63,435 bases of DNA, filler included, from Chiloscyllium plagiosum (GCF_004010195.1; 5 parts of one record of this genome joined end to end with filler, not necessarily neighbours in it); one strand, 5' to 3'; shown: positions 36,690-50,902, counted from the first letter of the whole stretch. Notes: generated from the letters alone by a model not told the origin. A program made the numbers and translations.

Positions 36690-39320
36690 AGACAATAGAT
36701 AATAGACAATAGACAATAGGTGCAGGAGTAGGCCATTCTGCCCTTCAAGCCTACACCACCATTCATTATGATCATGGCTGATCATCCTTAATCAGTATCC
36801 TGTTCCTGCCTTATCTCCATAACCCTTGATTCCACTATCTTTGAGAGCTCTATCCAACTCTTTCTTAAATGAATCCAGAGACTGGGCCTCCACTGCCCTC
36901 TGGGGCAGAGCATCCCACACAGCCACCACTCTCTGGGTGAACAAGTTTCTCCTCATCTCTGTCCTAAATGATCTACCCCGTATTTTTAAGCTGTGTCCTC
37001 TGGTTCGACACTCACCCATCAGCGGAAACATGTTTCCTGCCTCCAGAGTATCCAATNNNNNNNNNNNNNNNNNNNNNNNNNNNNNNNNNNNNNNNNNNNN
37101 TTAATTAATTAANNNNNNNNNNNNNNNNNNNNNNNNNNNNNNNNNNNNNNNNNNNNCAGTCCTCCGTTTTCCCACTTATCTTTGCTATGTTATACTTTTT
37201 CTCTTTTGACTTTATATGTTACTTAACTTCCCTCGTCAGCCACGGCCACCCATGCCTCCTCCTGGGATCTTTCTTCCTTTTTGGAACAAACTGATCCTGC
37301 ATCTTCTGCATTATACACTGAAATATCCACCATTGTTCCTCCACTGTCATCCCTGCTAAGGTATTGCACCATTGAACCTTGGCCAGCTCCTCCCTCATAG
37401 CTCCATAGTTCCCTTTATTCAACAGAAATCTTGTCACTTCCGATTGTACCCTCTCCCTCTCAAATTGCAGATTGAAGCTTATTGTATTATGGTCACTACC
37501 TCCTAATGGCTCCTTCACTTCGAGGTCCCTGATCAATTCCAGATCAATACCAGATCCAGAATTGCCTTCTCCCTGGTCGGCTCCAGCACCAGCTGCTCTA
37601 AGAATCCATCTCTGAGGCACTCCACAAAGTCTCTTTCTTGAGGTTGAATACCATCCTGATTCTCCCAGTCGACCTGCAAGTTGAAATCCCCCATAACAAA
37701 TGTAGTGACATCTTTGTGACAGGCCAATTTCAGCTCCTGATTTAACTTACATCCGACATCCAGACTACTGTTTGGGGGCCCGTAGGTAACTCCCAAGAGG
37801 CTCTTTCTACCCTTAGAATTTCTCAGCTCTATCCATACTGACTGTACATTCCCTGATTCTAGGCCCCCCACGCAAGGGACTGAATATCGTCCCTTACCAA
37901 CAAGGCCACCCCACCCCCTCTGCCCGTCAGTCTGTCCTTACGATAGCATGTGTAGCCTTGAATATTCATTTCCCAGGCCCTGTCCACTTGAAGCCACGTC
38001 TCAGTTATCCCCACAATATCGTAACTGCCAATTTCCAAAAGAGCCTCAAGCTCATCCATCTTATTTCTAATGTTTCGTGCATTCATGTATAGTATTTTTA
38101 ATTTGTTACTGCCCTCACCCTTCCCATCACCTCCTAATTCACTCAACCTTACAGTATGATCCCTTTCTGAGTTTTCTGCCTCGTTGATATAGTTGTCTTT
38201 CTTGACTTCTCTTGTTCTAACTTTCCCTTCAATTTCCTTCTTAAACATCCAGCTTGTCCCCCCCCCCCCCACCGCTATTTAGTTTAAACGCAGCTGTGTT
38301 GCAATAGCATACCTGCCTCCCAGAATGCTGGTCCCTAACCTATTAAGGTGTAAACCGCCTCTCTTGTAGAATTTATGTTTACCACAAAATATACCCCAGT
38401 GATCCAAGAACTTAAATCCTTGCTCCCGACATCATTTGTCCCGACATGTACCACCACCTCTGGCTCTTCACCTTCGCCCTTGAGGATTTCCTGTACTCTG
38501 TCTGCGATGTCCTTAATCCTGGCACCAGGAAGGCAACACACCATCCTTAAGTCCCATCTGCTGCCACAAAAACCCCGGTCAGTTCCTCTCACGATGCAGT
38601 CCCCTATTACCACGGCCCTGTGCGATGTCTGACTCCTCGGCTCTGCCTCCATGCCAACTTTTGATTGGCAGACCTGGCCGCCTCGAGGACTGGCAGTGAC
38701 GTCTGTCTCTACTGTTTCCAAAAGATTCAACTTGTTCCTGACAGGTACTTCCCCGGGGGTCTCTTGCATCCTCAAGATGCCTTCCTCATCGTCTGCTCTC
38801 TTCTGTTCTCTTCTGGTATGGTCGGTGTAATAACCTCGCTGAGGGTCCTGTCCAGAAAGATCTCGTTCTTTTGGATGAGCCTAAGGTCCTCGAGTTCTTT
38901 CATCAGCGCTGCAATATTCTTGGTCAATAGCTGAATGTGCACACACTTTCCACACATATACGAGCCAGACACACCAGAGTCATTGACCTCCCACATCAAG
39001 TACGTAGCGCACTGAACCAGCTGGGCAGTCATATCTTCACCCTGTTCAACTGTGGTGTAATCACTTCACTCAACCTCCTTGTCAAAGACTCCTGAGCTAA
39101 AGCCTCACTCTTCAATCCACAGGAACTTCCCTGGACTCTCTTTTTGTGGCAAGTCTGTGGACTTTAAAGTTAGGTTCGAGGAGGAGGGAGGGAGGAAGGC
39201 CCTACCTTGTAGGACCTGGGGTCTAGAACACACCCACTCAAATAACAATCACTTACCTTCCCGACCGGCTTTGCGCTCTGGCTTCACTTCCGCCCAACTC
39301 CCGCCACTCTCTGCTGCAAA
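36690..39320 (-). mobile_element. Probably full-length CR1 (5'UTR, ORF1, ORF2 endonuclease, gap, ORF2 C-terminus, tail)
   Basis: ORF1 MTAQLVQCATYLMWE, VVIGDC and VHVGTND. ORF2 ILYMNARNIRNK, VMGDFN and FTQRVVAVWDALP. Tail is (CTATTGT)n. Confidence 0.93.
37057..37156. other. Assembly gap with a synthetic linker
   Basis: 44 N, TTAATTAATTAA, 44 N. Confidence 0.97.
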
Positions 39321-40262
39321 ATAACAAAAGTTATTTATTAACTTTTAAAATTTATGGTCATTTAAAAAAAAATAAAGATAATTTGCATGACACACAATGA
39401 TGCTGAGATATCTGTTGGTTGCCAAGTACCAGTCATAAATCTGGTTAACTGATGACTTTCTATTCTTTGTAAGGCTGTATTTTCCTCTGTTTGTAAGGTT
39501 TAGGTGAAGTCAGATGTAACTGAAGTAACTGGGAAGATCGATGGAAACTGATAATGGATCTCACTTCTCTCTTTGTAGCATGTTGAATCTTGCTGTTCTT
39601 CCAAAGTTGTCAGTGTAAGAAAGACTGTCTTTAGGAGCCAGATGATCATGTAGCTAGAGTGAACCTTGCACAAACATGGGACTGTGGGGTTGCTGGGGGT
39701 GGGGTGCAGTGTCGGAATGATAGGAAACAAAATAGGAGGATAAAGTGAATGAGCATGTTCAAACCTTCTGGTAATTATTTGAAGAAAGGGGCGGATTATT
39801 TACTGTTAAAACAGAATATAAAAGAAAAACCACATCAACCATTAAATGAAAGTGATTAAATATTTCAATAAAAGTGTGTTTGCTGCCCAAAGTGGATTGA
39901 AGCTTTCAACCAAATGATATTGATTATATCTTACTGTGGAGTTTGTATTTCAAGTACATCAACAGACTGCTAACAATTCTGATTTTTGCCTCCCTCTCTC
40001 CCTCCAATCCACTAAAATACCAACATGTAATTAGGTGGATGAATAAATAAACCTATAGAATATTCACACACTGAGCTAAACAGCAATGAATCATTTTTAT
40101 ATCATGGTTATATTAAATTGTTTAATATTTCTATGCAGCAGCTGTATGCATTTCTAACTGGATTTAACCGAGTTGATCCAGAGACAGCGCCATTGGCTGG
40201 GGCTCTGTGGCACTTTGTTTTGGGATTACACCTTAGTCCACCCTTGGACAACTGTCTGATAT

Positions 40263-40352
40263 CAGTAACAAACACAGAGAATACAGGAGAAACTCAGCAG
40301 GTCTGCGAAGAGGGAAACTGAGTTAACATTTCGAGTCCAGTCTGACTCTTTT
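40263..40352 (-). mobile_element. Older PLE terminal-repeat fragment
   Basis: ggagaaactcagcaggtctg...gagttaacatttcgagtccag matches the 15141 and 26836 family. Confidence 0.6.
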
Positions 40353-42073
40353 CCAAGGCTTGTATCTGACATATCACAGTCATAGTTCTGAATCTTGATG
40401 AGTGACCTCTGGAGTTGAGGTGAGCAGTTTTCTCCAGTGATTATGAACTCTTCCCAGAATGCATTCTGGGATATTGTAGTGTAAACAGCAATGAGGGCGA
40501 ACATTTGGAGATTGTGTTCTCGAGACTTCTGTGGTTTGTGTTCAGTCCAACAAGAAAGGAACCATTGCTTGAACTGGATCTTGGGATTGAGGCAGCCAAT
40601 TAGATCACATGACAGTGGGGGCATATTTTAAACAGTTCTCATTATACCATAATGTTTAGGATGATGGTGGGAAATGACATTGGTCAATTTAGAGCAAGAA
40701 TTATCAACTAGCAGACAATCACCTTCTTTTGGGACAAAAACAGACTGGTTCTGATGGACGAGAACCAAAGGCTGGTGGGCCTATACCCTACAACTTCCAG
40801 GTTGTATACTCTGACATTGATAAAATTTAAAGCTGATTTTCTCTTGTTGCCCTTGGTTTTATCAGGTGCTCTTCCAACATCAGATAAGTCAGAGTTATTG
40901 ATTCTGCACAGACCTTAATTTCCTGTGGAAATCCAACTTTTTGTTATCTGACTTTCTGCTTATCTATTACCTTGTGATCCAGTTCAATCCTGGATCCCGT
41001 TTTACTTCAGTTCTAGAGAAAACCTTCAGCTGCAGTGTCTGCAGAGCTGAGCAGGGACAACAACTGTTAGGGGAAACAGGAATGGATTTTGTTAACCTTA
41101 ATTGCTGAAGAACTTGACTTTGGAAGAAACGATGCGACCCCTGACCTGATGATTGCCTAGCAATCTTGGTTTCTGTTTCAAAAATCCCAGGGCATCAAAA
41201 GAAAATGTCCAATATTAGCAATGAGGAAATAAAGCTCTCTCTCAGTCGAATTGGGAATTTGATCAGTTCCACCTTTCAGTATTTTGACTACCTTGTAAGC
41301 CCTGAGAAACTGAACTATGACCACTTTCCAAAGATTAATTTCTATGTGGACCAAAGCTTGTTTGCAAAGTCTTCCATCAGTTTACAGCTGTTCGAGATTT
41401 AACTTTGTCAACAGAAAAAAAAACACAATGGACTATGAGAATTCATCAACTTGTATCTTTCATTTTTCAGTACCTTGATCAATAAAGGTTTTTTTTCCTT
41501 TTGCATTTTTGAAAAATATCATCTCTAGTTTTTTTATAGAGTCAAAGTGTCATATAGCACAGATACAGACCCTTTGGTTTAACTAGTCCATGCCAACCAT
41601 ATTCCCAAACTAGTCCAACCTGTCCACACTTGGCCCATATCCCTCCAAACCTTTACTATTCATGAACTTATCCAAATGTCTTTTAAATGTTGTAACTGTA
41701 CCTTCATCCACTAGTTCCTCTGGCAGTTCATTCCACACACAAAGCACACTCTGTGTAAAAAAATGTTGCCCCTCATGTCCTTTTTAAATCTCACTCCTCT
41801 AATCTTAAAAACTGCCCCTAGTTTTGAAGTTCCCGCTCTTACTAATTGCCTTACCTACGCCCTCATGATTTTATAGACTTCTATAATGTCACCCCATAAT
41901 TTTCTATGCTCCAGTGAAAAAAAGTCCCAGCTTACCCAGCCTATCTTTATAACTCAAATCTTTTGTTCCCTGTAACATCCTTGTAAATATTTTCTGAACC
42001 ATCTCCAATTTAATAATATCGTTCCTATAGGGTGACCAGAACTGTATACAGTACTCTAGAAGATGCCTCATCA

Positions 42074-42188
42074 CCACTGCTACTTCTAAAAATCTCCTGC
42101 TCCTTTGATGCTGCCCGACCTGCTGCGCTTTTCCAGCAACACATTTTTCAGCTCTGATCTCCAGCATCTGCAGTCCTCACTTTCTCCT
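42074..42188 (+). mobile_element. PLE terminal-repeat mini-insertion within a CR1
   Basis: TSD tgcctcatca at 42064-42073 and 42192-42201. Confidence 0.82.
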
Positions 42189-43617
42189 AGGTGCCTCATC
42201 AGTGTCCTGTACAATCCCAACATCTATACTCAAAGGTCTAAGCAATGAAGGCAAACATGCTAAATGCCTTCTTAACCATCCTATCTGCCTATGACGTGAT
42301 TTTCAAAGAATTGTGTATCTGAACCCCTAGGTTTCTCTGTTCTACAATACCACCCAGGGCCCTGCCATTAATTGTTTATGTCCTTCCCTTGTTTGTTTTA
42401 CCAAAATGCAATATCCTGCATGTACCCAGATTAAACTCCATCTGCCGTTCCCCAGCCCATTGACCCAATCGATCAAGATCTCTTTGTAACTTTAGATAAC
42501 TTTCTTCGCCGTCCATTATATCATCAATTTTGGTGTTATCTGCAAACTTACGAGCCATGTTTTCTAAATTCTCATCCAAATCATTTTTATTAAATGACAA
42601 ACAAAAGTGGACCCAGTACTGATCCCTGTGGAACACCGCTGGTCACAGGCCTCCAGTCAAAAAAACAACCCTCCACCACCACCCTCTGTCTCCTACCATC
42701 AAGCCAATTTTGTATGCAATTGGCAAGCTCTCCTGAATCTCGTGTGATCTAACTTTACTGGTTAGTCTTCCATGCAGGACCTTCTCAAAGGCTTTACTAA
42801 AGTCCATGTTACTAACATCTACCACTCTGGTTACTTCCTCAAAAAAAATCAATCAAGTTTGTGAGAGACAATTTCCATTGCACAAAGTCATGTTGACTAT
42901 CCTTAAATCAGTCCTTTCAGAATAACCTTCAACAACCTAACCACACCAATGTCAGACTCACAGGTCTATAGTTCCCAGGCTTCTTCTTACAGCTTTTCTT
43001 ACAGAAAGGCAAAACATTATGGGGCACCTCACCCGTGATTACAGATGTTACAAATATCTCTGCTAAGGGTCCTACAATTTCCCTGGAAGACCCCTTGCAT
43101 TGAAATAAATTCAGTTTAATTCTTCAGTTACCTTATTCTCAGACTTGCTGTTGCCTGCCTGTTCTAATTAACTTGCTCTTTCATGATTCAGAACCAGCCT
43201 CATCTACCTTCTATTTTCACTGCTACTCATGTATCTCCCACATCCCCTACTCATTCAAAGGCTCCCGAATAACAGTAGCAAATCTCCCTGCCAACGTATT
43301 GGTTCCTTCTTAGTTCAGGTGAAACCTATCCCTTTTAGATAGATTTTTCTGCCCAAAAGAGATCCCAAATGATCCAAAAATCTGAATCCTTGCACATTGC
43401 ACCATCTCTCCAACCATTGATTTATCTGCAGTATCTTTTTACTCCGACTCGACTAGAATGAGGCACCGGGAGTAAACCAGAGATTACTACTTTTGAGGTT
43501 CTGTTTTTTAACCTTCTACTTAACCTCCTATATTTACTTGACAAAGCCTTAACCTTTTCTCAGACTATGTCGTTCTTACCAATGTGTACAACAACTTCTG
43601 GCTTCTTACTCTCCTCC

Positions 43618-45430
43618 TAAAGAGAGAGCTAAGAAGAGCCAGGATGGGATATGAGAAGTTTTAGGCAGATAGGATCAGGGAAAACCCTAAAGTTTTCTAT
43701 AGGTATATCAGGAATAACAGAATGACTAGAGAAGGATTAGGGCCAATCAAGGATAGTAGTAGGAAGTTGTACGTGGAGTCAGAGGAGATAGGGGAAGCGC
43801 TAAATGAATATTTTTCGTTAGTTCTCACACAGGAAAAAGACAATGTTGTCGGACAGTACTTAGATACAGGCTACTAGACTGGATGGGCTTGAAGTTCACA
43901 AGGTAAAAACAATGACTGCAGATGCTGGAAACCGGATTCTGGATCAGTGGTGCTGGAAGAGCACAGCAATTCAGGCAGCATCCGAGGACAGGCCTGTGCT
44001 CTTCCAGCACCGCTGATCCAGAATTGAAGTTCACAAGGAGGAGGTGTTAGCAATTTCTGGAAAGTGTGAAAATAGATAAGTCCCCTGGGCCGGATGGGAT
44101 TTATCCTCAGATTCTCTGGGAAGCCAGGGAGGAGATTGCCGAGCCTTTGGCTTTGATCTTTATGTCATCATTGTCTATAGGAATAGTGCCAGAAGACTGG
44201 AGGATAGCAAATGTTGTCCCTTTGTTCAAGAAGGGAAGTAGAGCCAACTCTGGAAATTATAGACCAGTGATCCTTATCTTGGTTGTAGGTAAATTGTTGG
44301 AAAGGTTATAAGAGATAGGATTTATAATCATCTAGAAAGGAATAAGTTGGTTAAGGATAGTCAACACAGTTTTGTGAAGGGTAGGTCGTGCCTCACAAAC
44401 CTTATTGAGTTCTTTGGGAAGGTGACCAAACAGGTGGATAAGGTAAAGTAGTTGACGTGGTGTATATGGATTTCAGTAAGGCGTTTGATAAGGTTCCCCA
44501 CTGTAGGCTATTGCACAAAATACAGAGGCATGGGATTGAGGGTGATTTACCTGTTTGTATCAGAAATTGGCTAGCTGAAAGAAGACAGAGGGTGGTGGTT
44601 GATGGAAAGTGTTCATCCTGGAGTTCAATTACTAGTGGTTTACCACAAGGATCTGTTTTGGGCCACTGCTGTTGGCCATTTTTATAAATGATCTCGATGA
44701 GGGTGTAGAAAGACGGGTTAGATTCTTGGTATTGTAGAAGAGCAGAAAGATCTTGGTGTCCAGATACATAGATCCCTGAAAGTTCCACCCAGGTTGATAG
44801 GGTTGTTAAGTAGGTGTACGGTGTGTTAGCTTTTATTGGTAGAGTGATTGAGGTTCAGAACCATGAGTTCATGTTGTGGCTGTACAGAACCCTGATGTGG
44901 CTGCACTTGGAATATTGTGTACAATTCTGGTCACCACATTATAAGGAGGATGTGGAAGCTTTGGAAAGGGTTCATAGGAGATTTACCAGGATGTTGCCTG
45001 GTATGGAGGGAAGGTCTTATGAGGAAAGGCTGAGGGACCTGAGGCTGTTTTCATCAGAGAGAAGAAGGTTGAGATATGACTTAATTGAGACATATAAGAT
45101 AATCAGAGGGTTAGATAGGTTGGACAGTGAGAGTCTTTTTCCTTGGATGGTGACGGCTAGCACGAGGGGACATAGCTTTAAATTGAGGGGTGATAGATAC
45201 AGGCCAAATGTCAGAGGTAGTTTCTTTACTCAGAGAGTAGTCGGGGCCTGGAACACACTGCCTGCAACAGTAGTAGACTTGCCAAGTTTAAAGGCATTTA
45301 AATGGTCATTGGATAAACATATGGATGAGAATGGAATAGTGTAGGATAGATGGGCTTCAGATTGGTTCCACAGGTTGGCGCAACATCGAGGACTGAAGGG
45401 TCTGTACTGCGCTGTGATGTTCTATGTTCC
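43618..45430 (+). mobile_element. CR1 ORF2 RT and 3' end, nested in an opposite-strand CR1
   Basis: KSPGPDGIYP, GNYRP, YMDFSKAFDKVPH, GLPQGSVLG and LEYCVQFWSP motifs. Tail is ttctatgttc. Confidence 0.94.
43904..44023. mobile_element. Fold-back PLE mini-insertion, 15-bp TSD
   Basis: TSD ttgaagttcacaagg at 43889-43903 and 44024-44038. Inverted arms of about 31 bp. Confidence 0.9.
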
Positions 45431-47019
45431 TTTGACAATATGGCTCAACCATTTTGAGATGTCCTTGACCGTGTCATCATGAAGGCAACTTTCTATCCTG
45501 AATTCACACTGACGGCCACGGAATCTCCTGTCTGTGCCCCTGACAGGACAGTCCCCAATAACAATTATTCTTTTAAATCTTGACAAACCCCACTTAAAGT
45601 TAGATTCATTCTTAGTGCCCAAGATTTGACTGCAATTTCTATTTACTGCTGAGAGACTCCCTTTCAACAGGACCCAAAATAGAATATCTGTTTGAGAGAG
45701 GATTAGCCACAGGAGACTCCTGAAATGCCTTCTTACCATTCCTGATAGTAACCAATCTAACTGACTGAACCTACTGTGTAACCACCTCTCCAAATCTACT
45801 AAGCATCACAGTGTCTCTTGTATACCCTCAGTGATATTAAGCTCTTAAACAAACCTCAGATATTAAAAACAAATACCCTTCCTACTCCACAGATTTTAGC
45901 CCAAAGTGTGCAAAATCTCTTTTTAAAAAAAATCAAGCACTTAGCTGCAACTCCCATCAAGAAAGCTTCCTCCTCAAATCCTCTATCAGTCAAATATCTG
46001 GGTCTGAGATGTTTTTAGTTAAACAGCTACAACAAACATGTTAAAAAGGAAAATCTTCAGCGTTCCATCCATGTAAACAGAAAAATGAACACTTGCAAGA
46101 GCTGTTGACATTCGACAAACACATGGACAGGCATCTCTACAAACTCTGTGTGAGAAGCAATCTTTCCTTTCTTGCATATGTTTTTTCTTCACAAAGTTTT
46201 TTTGCACTATAAAAGTTCCAAAAATAATTTTAAATGAAAATTTTCTGCTTCTGCTTTATAAAAACCAAAGGAACTTCACAAGGAAAGCTTGCAACTCAAG
46301 AGCATCTGCAAGATCCATGCTACTCTCGTTCCACCATTTCAAAAAAAAATCTTTTGGCGCTGTACTTGTGTTTGCTTTGGGATTAAAAGCAGACATTGCT
46401 GGATGCCTTTTGGTTCTCGATTCTGGATTTTTAGGTGTGACCCAGTTTTGCCATTTGTTTTTAGTAATGATTTGTCTGGGTGTACTAATGAAGCTTGGCG
46501 AAAGTCTCTTTTAATCCAGACAACTATTCAAAAAAAGAAACAGATTGACATTTTGGTGATTGAGTTAAAACATTTATATGAATGGTATGATTTGTGGCGT
46601 ACTGGGTTTGATTACCAGTCTAACTTTAATCATAACACAAGTGGCAAACTCAACTGTTTTCTGGGAGTTATCCATTAATTGGTAAAATTTGAGAGTCTGC
46701 TACTGAGGAAAATATCACAAGTGCAAGCAATGTCTTTACATAAAAATGTGTTAAGGCACTTTGAACACAAAGTGCGAAACTGTTATCAATCAATTTTGAT
46801 TTTAAGCTTAGGAACATGTCTGCATGCTGAGTGAGCTATGAAATAAAAATGGCAGCTCAGTCCACTTTGGAAAGTGGAATAAATTAGTACAGTTGTTTGA
46901 AAATTATTTTAATTCACCTGTTTCTTTGCAATCTTTGTTCTATAGTTTGGTGGCTCGGAATGGTTATGCTGCTTGCTTGGTTCAAATGTGGCATGTAATA
47001 TTTTCTACTGCACATGCAT

Positions 47020-47570
47020 TAGAATATAGAAGGTAGAACTGTAGAGCATAGGGACAGGCCCTTCAGTCCCCGATGTTGTGCCAAACGTGACACCAAATTA
47101 AATTAATCCCTTCTGCCTGCTGTTGGTCCCTATCCCTCCATCCTTATTTATCCATGTGCTTAGCTAAAAGTCCTTCAAACGCTCATATCATATCTGCCTC
47201 CTCCACAATCCTTGGCAGCGCGTTCGAGACTCCCACCATTCTGTGTAAAAATACTTGCCCCTCACATCTCCTTTGAACTTTTCCCTCTCATCTTAAATGT
47301 ATGCCCCCTAGTTTTAGACATTTCACCTCTGGGAAAAGGTTCTGACTGTCAACCCTATCTATTCATCTCATAATTTTATAGACTTCTATCAAGTCTCCCC
47401 TCAATCTTTGCTGCTCCAAAGAAAACAATCCAAGATTTTCTAGCCTCTCCTTATAGCTCTTACCCTCTAGTCCAGGCAACATCCTGGGAAACTTCTTCTG
47501 CTCCCTCTCCAAAGCCTCCAAATCTTCTTGTAACACAGTGATGAGAGTTGAATGCAATATACTGTGTGAA
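47020..47570 (-). mobile_element. CR1 3' end
   Basis: LGLFSLEQQRLRGDLIEVYKIMR plus a CR1 tail. Confidence 0.88.
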
Positions 47571-48335
47571 TGTTCCACTATTGATATAATATTTGACATC
47601 CTATGTAGAAATTTTATTTATATGGTCAGATATTTTCAGATTTGACCCCAATTTTATCTATTTCTGCAATTTATTGCCCTCGGCTACTTCAATAGACTTA
47701 TGCATTTATTTTAAGGTCAGCAGTTACATCATTAATATTTCAATTAACATGCATAATCCAAATGTTTTATCAATGTGTTAAATAGTTTTCCATCTTTATC
47801 ATGTTGCTGCTTCTTGATGTTACTGAGCCATTTGCCCAAGTGTTGAATATAAAAGCAATATGCAACATTCAGAAACATCTGAACCAATGAGACGGTTGTG
47901 CTGAAGGAATTCAGTGTAAGGGAATGCGTTATATCTTAATAAATAATATTGTTGAGGAAAATAAATTACTTTTAATTAATGAACATTCACTAAATGGGTC
48001 TCTCACCACAGCTGAGTATTAACAAAGCCTATTAAATAATAGAACCTTTGGTGATAATTGAAATTAATTGTTTTCATTTTGTATTGACTTGGAAAGGCTG
48101 TATTTACAATGTGATGCTCCAGTTTTGATTCTTACCAGTCAAAAAGTTCTTGATGCATTTGAGTGTGATCATAGAAGTAAGGTAAAAAGAGTAATGATGT
48201 TTGAGCTCCAAATCATAATTCAAGGTGTGATTAATTGAACTTGTTTCATTGCAGAAATGAAAAATGAGAGCACCATTCCTTGTCTTCCAATATTGACACA
48301 GTATAACTGGTGCAAGTACAGACCAGCTATTCCAT

Positions 48336-48766
48336 AAAGGGTTCAGAAAAGATTTACAAAGTTTTTGCCAGGGTAGGATGGTTTGAGGTATTAGGAGAGA
48401 CTGAATAGGCTGGGACTGTTTTCCCTGGAGTGTCATGGGCTGAGGGATGACGTTATGGAGGTTCTCCTGGGGTGGGGGAGTCCAGAACCAGATGGCATAG
48501 GTTTAGGGTCCGAGGGCAAAAATTTAAAAGGACCTAAGAGGCAACACTTTCACACCGAGGGTGGTACGTGTATGGAATGCCAGAGGAAGTTGTGGAGGCT
48601 GGTATAATTACAGCATTGAAAAGGCAACTGGATGGGTATAGGAAGGGTTTAGAGGGATATGGGCCAAGTGCGGGCAAATGGGACTGGACTAGGTTAGGAT
48701 ATCTGGGCGGCAAGGATGAGCTGGACCGAGGGGTCTGTTTCCGTGTTGTACATCTCTATGACTCTG
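48336..48766 (+). mobile_element. CR1 3' end (degraded)
   Basis: Homologous to 13780-14278 and ends ctctatgactct. Confidence 0.88.
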
Positions 48767-49569
48767 AGTGAAGAGGAGATTAAATATAAACTGTTTTCAT
48801 TTGAGGTCAGAGGATACTCACTTCCGAAGACAATACATAAGCTCCTGATAAAAATGAGAGATCTTCAAAAGAATTGGACAGCCATTTGTTTGTTAATTAA
48901 CATTAGATCAAGTAAATAGGAGCAGAAGAAGGCCATACGACCATTTTTGCCAGCATGAAATAACGATGCATCGATTGAGCACACAAACTCGCTCCTCACT
49001 TGGCCTGCTCCACTCTAGGGCTAAATATCTCCTAGGCTTAGGCAATTTTCATGGAGTCATGTCAGTTTCTCTATGACTCATGACCCCTCGGAAGTATCAT
49101 GAACCAAAATCTCAGATTGAAACCTCTTGAAAGGTGAGTTTGAAAGGACCTCCCCATGCCTTTTGGTCCCTCATGCTCTCAATACCATCTTTCCCATTGA
49201 TGTCCATTCATCCTGAATACACTTGGTACATATTCAGTGAATCATAGAATAAAAATGGAAAGTGTATAATTCAGAGGAAAAAAAACACCCATTCAAAAAT
49301 ATTCTTTGGAAACAAAGTGCTGCCCCTACAATCCACTTAAAACATGATTCAGTCAGGCTCCTAACATGTCATATCTTTTACTAGCTCAATGTTTATTTGG
49401 ACAAAATTGACAAAAGAGATAACAAAGTTAGCAAGTTATAACTATTTAAGTACGTAAGGCATGCAAACTTAACAACTTGTGATCAAAATGTCCAAACTCA
49501 TGCTTTTATAGTTCTTGGCCCTTAGCTAAGCATGTGAATCCTTCTTACAGCCTGCCAACTAGAAAATGA

Positions 49570-49920
49570 TCCATTTATTTGACTGTCTTATTTTCTCTCC
49601 AATAAATGATACTTAATGTACGTCGGTAAATTACTCCCAATTCCATAAACTCTGTTATCACTTGACACCTTATGGAAAATTTACTGAAAATCCAAATACA
49701 CTTCATTAATGCCTCGCCCTCTGTTTCCCTCCTAGTTGGGGTATGAAACATTTCTAATAGATTTGGCAAATGCAATTTCCCTTTCATAAAGCCTGTTGAC
49801 TCTGCATAGTCACATCATAATTTTCTAAATACTTTGTTATCATTTCCTCAGTAAGGTTTCTGCCATATGAGCTACCAGCTGGTCGTTGGTTCCCCATTTT
49901 CTCTTTTCCTGCTCTGGAAT
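49570..49920 (-). mobile_element. Old CR1 RT remnant
   Basis: Minus strand resembles the QQGFMKG..CL.NLLEFF...YLDF.K region. Confidence 0.55.
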
Positions 49921-50734
49921 TCAGGAAGGAAAAAACAATAAATCCAAATCCCTTGCAGCTCGTTCATTTAGGCACTAGGTCTGTGTGGTTGTTTGCTTTT
50001 AGTTTCATTCATTTCTACAGTCCTCTAGTTTTAGTTGAAGTTCCTCCCAGGTTGGGTGCACACAGATGGGAGAAATTCCAAAACTCACCTTTAAAATAAC
50101 TCCCATCCCCACACTCATTTGTTCATCTTCATACAGTGGGAGGGCAATGGGCTGTATTGGAAGTTGAGCTAAGGGCCCAGGCAAAGTTAAGGAGGCTCCC
50201 AGTTCCCAAGGCTGGGTGGATGAAAAGCCTGCTTACCTGTGTTCAATCTTAAAATCAAAAGAATAAAATATATAACATTCCGACAGTACTCACCCCCTTC
50301 CCATCAAAACGCCCCCAATATTCAATGCTCCATCCATACAAATGCATGATTTCCACCCATTGTCTATGGTCCTTCTTATGCAACTTTATGCCTCTGTATC
50401 TATTTACCACAGCAGCACTCACCCTGTCTGTCAAGTTAGTGCCAACTTCCACCAAACATGCTTTTCTGCTTCACCTATCATGCCAGCTGGTATGTTGGAA
50501 TGAAATCTGCATTGATCGATTCTGGAATGAGATTTGATTTAACAGATCATTTAAAAAATAATTTCAGTTAACATGGTAGTCATTCACTCAAACATAGCCA
50601 CACAAGGCTCCAGGGTCTCTTTAACAACAGAACAGAAGTATTGCATATAAGGTGAAAAGGAAAAAAAGCTGCCTTGGTATAGAATACAGCTTCAAATATA
50701 GACAGGTTGATTGAGTGGGCTAATTTTATTTATT

Positions 50735-50902
50735 TTCTTTTTACTTGTTCATTTTGTGTGATGTGGGCATCGCTGGCTGCGCCCAGCATTTATTGCCCAT
50801 CCCTAGTTGCCTTTGAGAAGATGGGCCAAAACACTAATTCTGCTTTCTCTCCACCGATGCTGCCAGACCTGCTGAGTTTTTCCAGTAATTTCTGTTTTTG
50901 TG
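50735..50902. mobile_element. LINE/SINE tail fragment (minus) joined to a PLE terminal-repeat fragment (plus)
   Basis: gatgtgggcatcgctggct..cagcatttattgcccatccct, then gatgctgccagacctgctgag. Confidence 0.65.

Larger units (their letters stand above)
41537..45820 (-). mobile_element. Degraded, internally deleted CR1 hosting nested insertions
   Basis: Tail at 41537, RT motifs KFADNTK and DFSKAFEKV, and ORF1 pieces at 43260-43617 that resume at 45430 (IVIGDCPVRGTDRRF). Confidence 0.82.
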
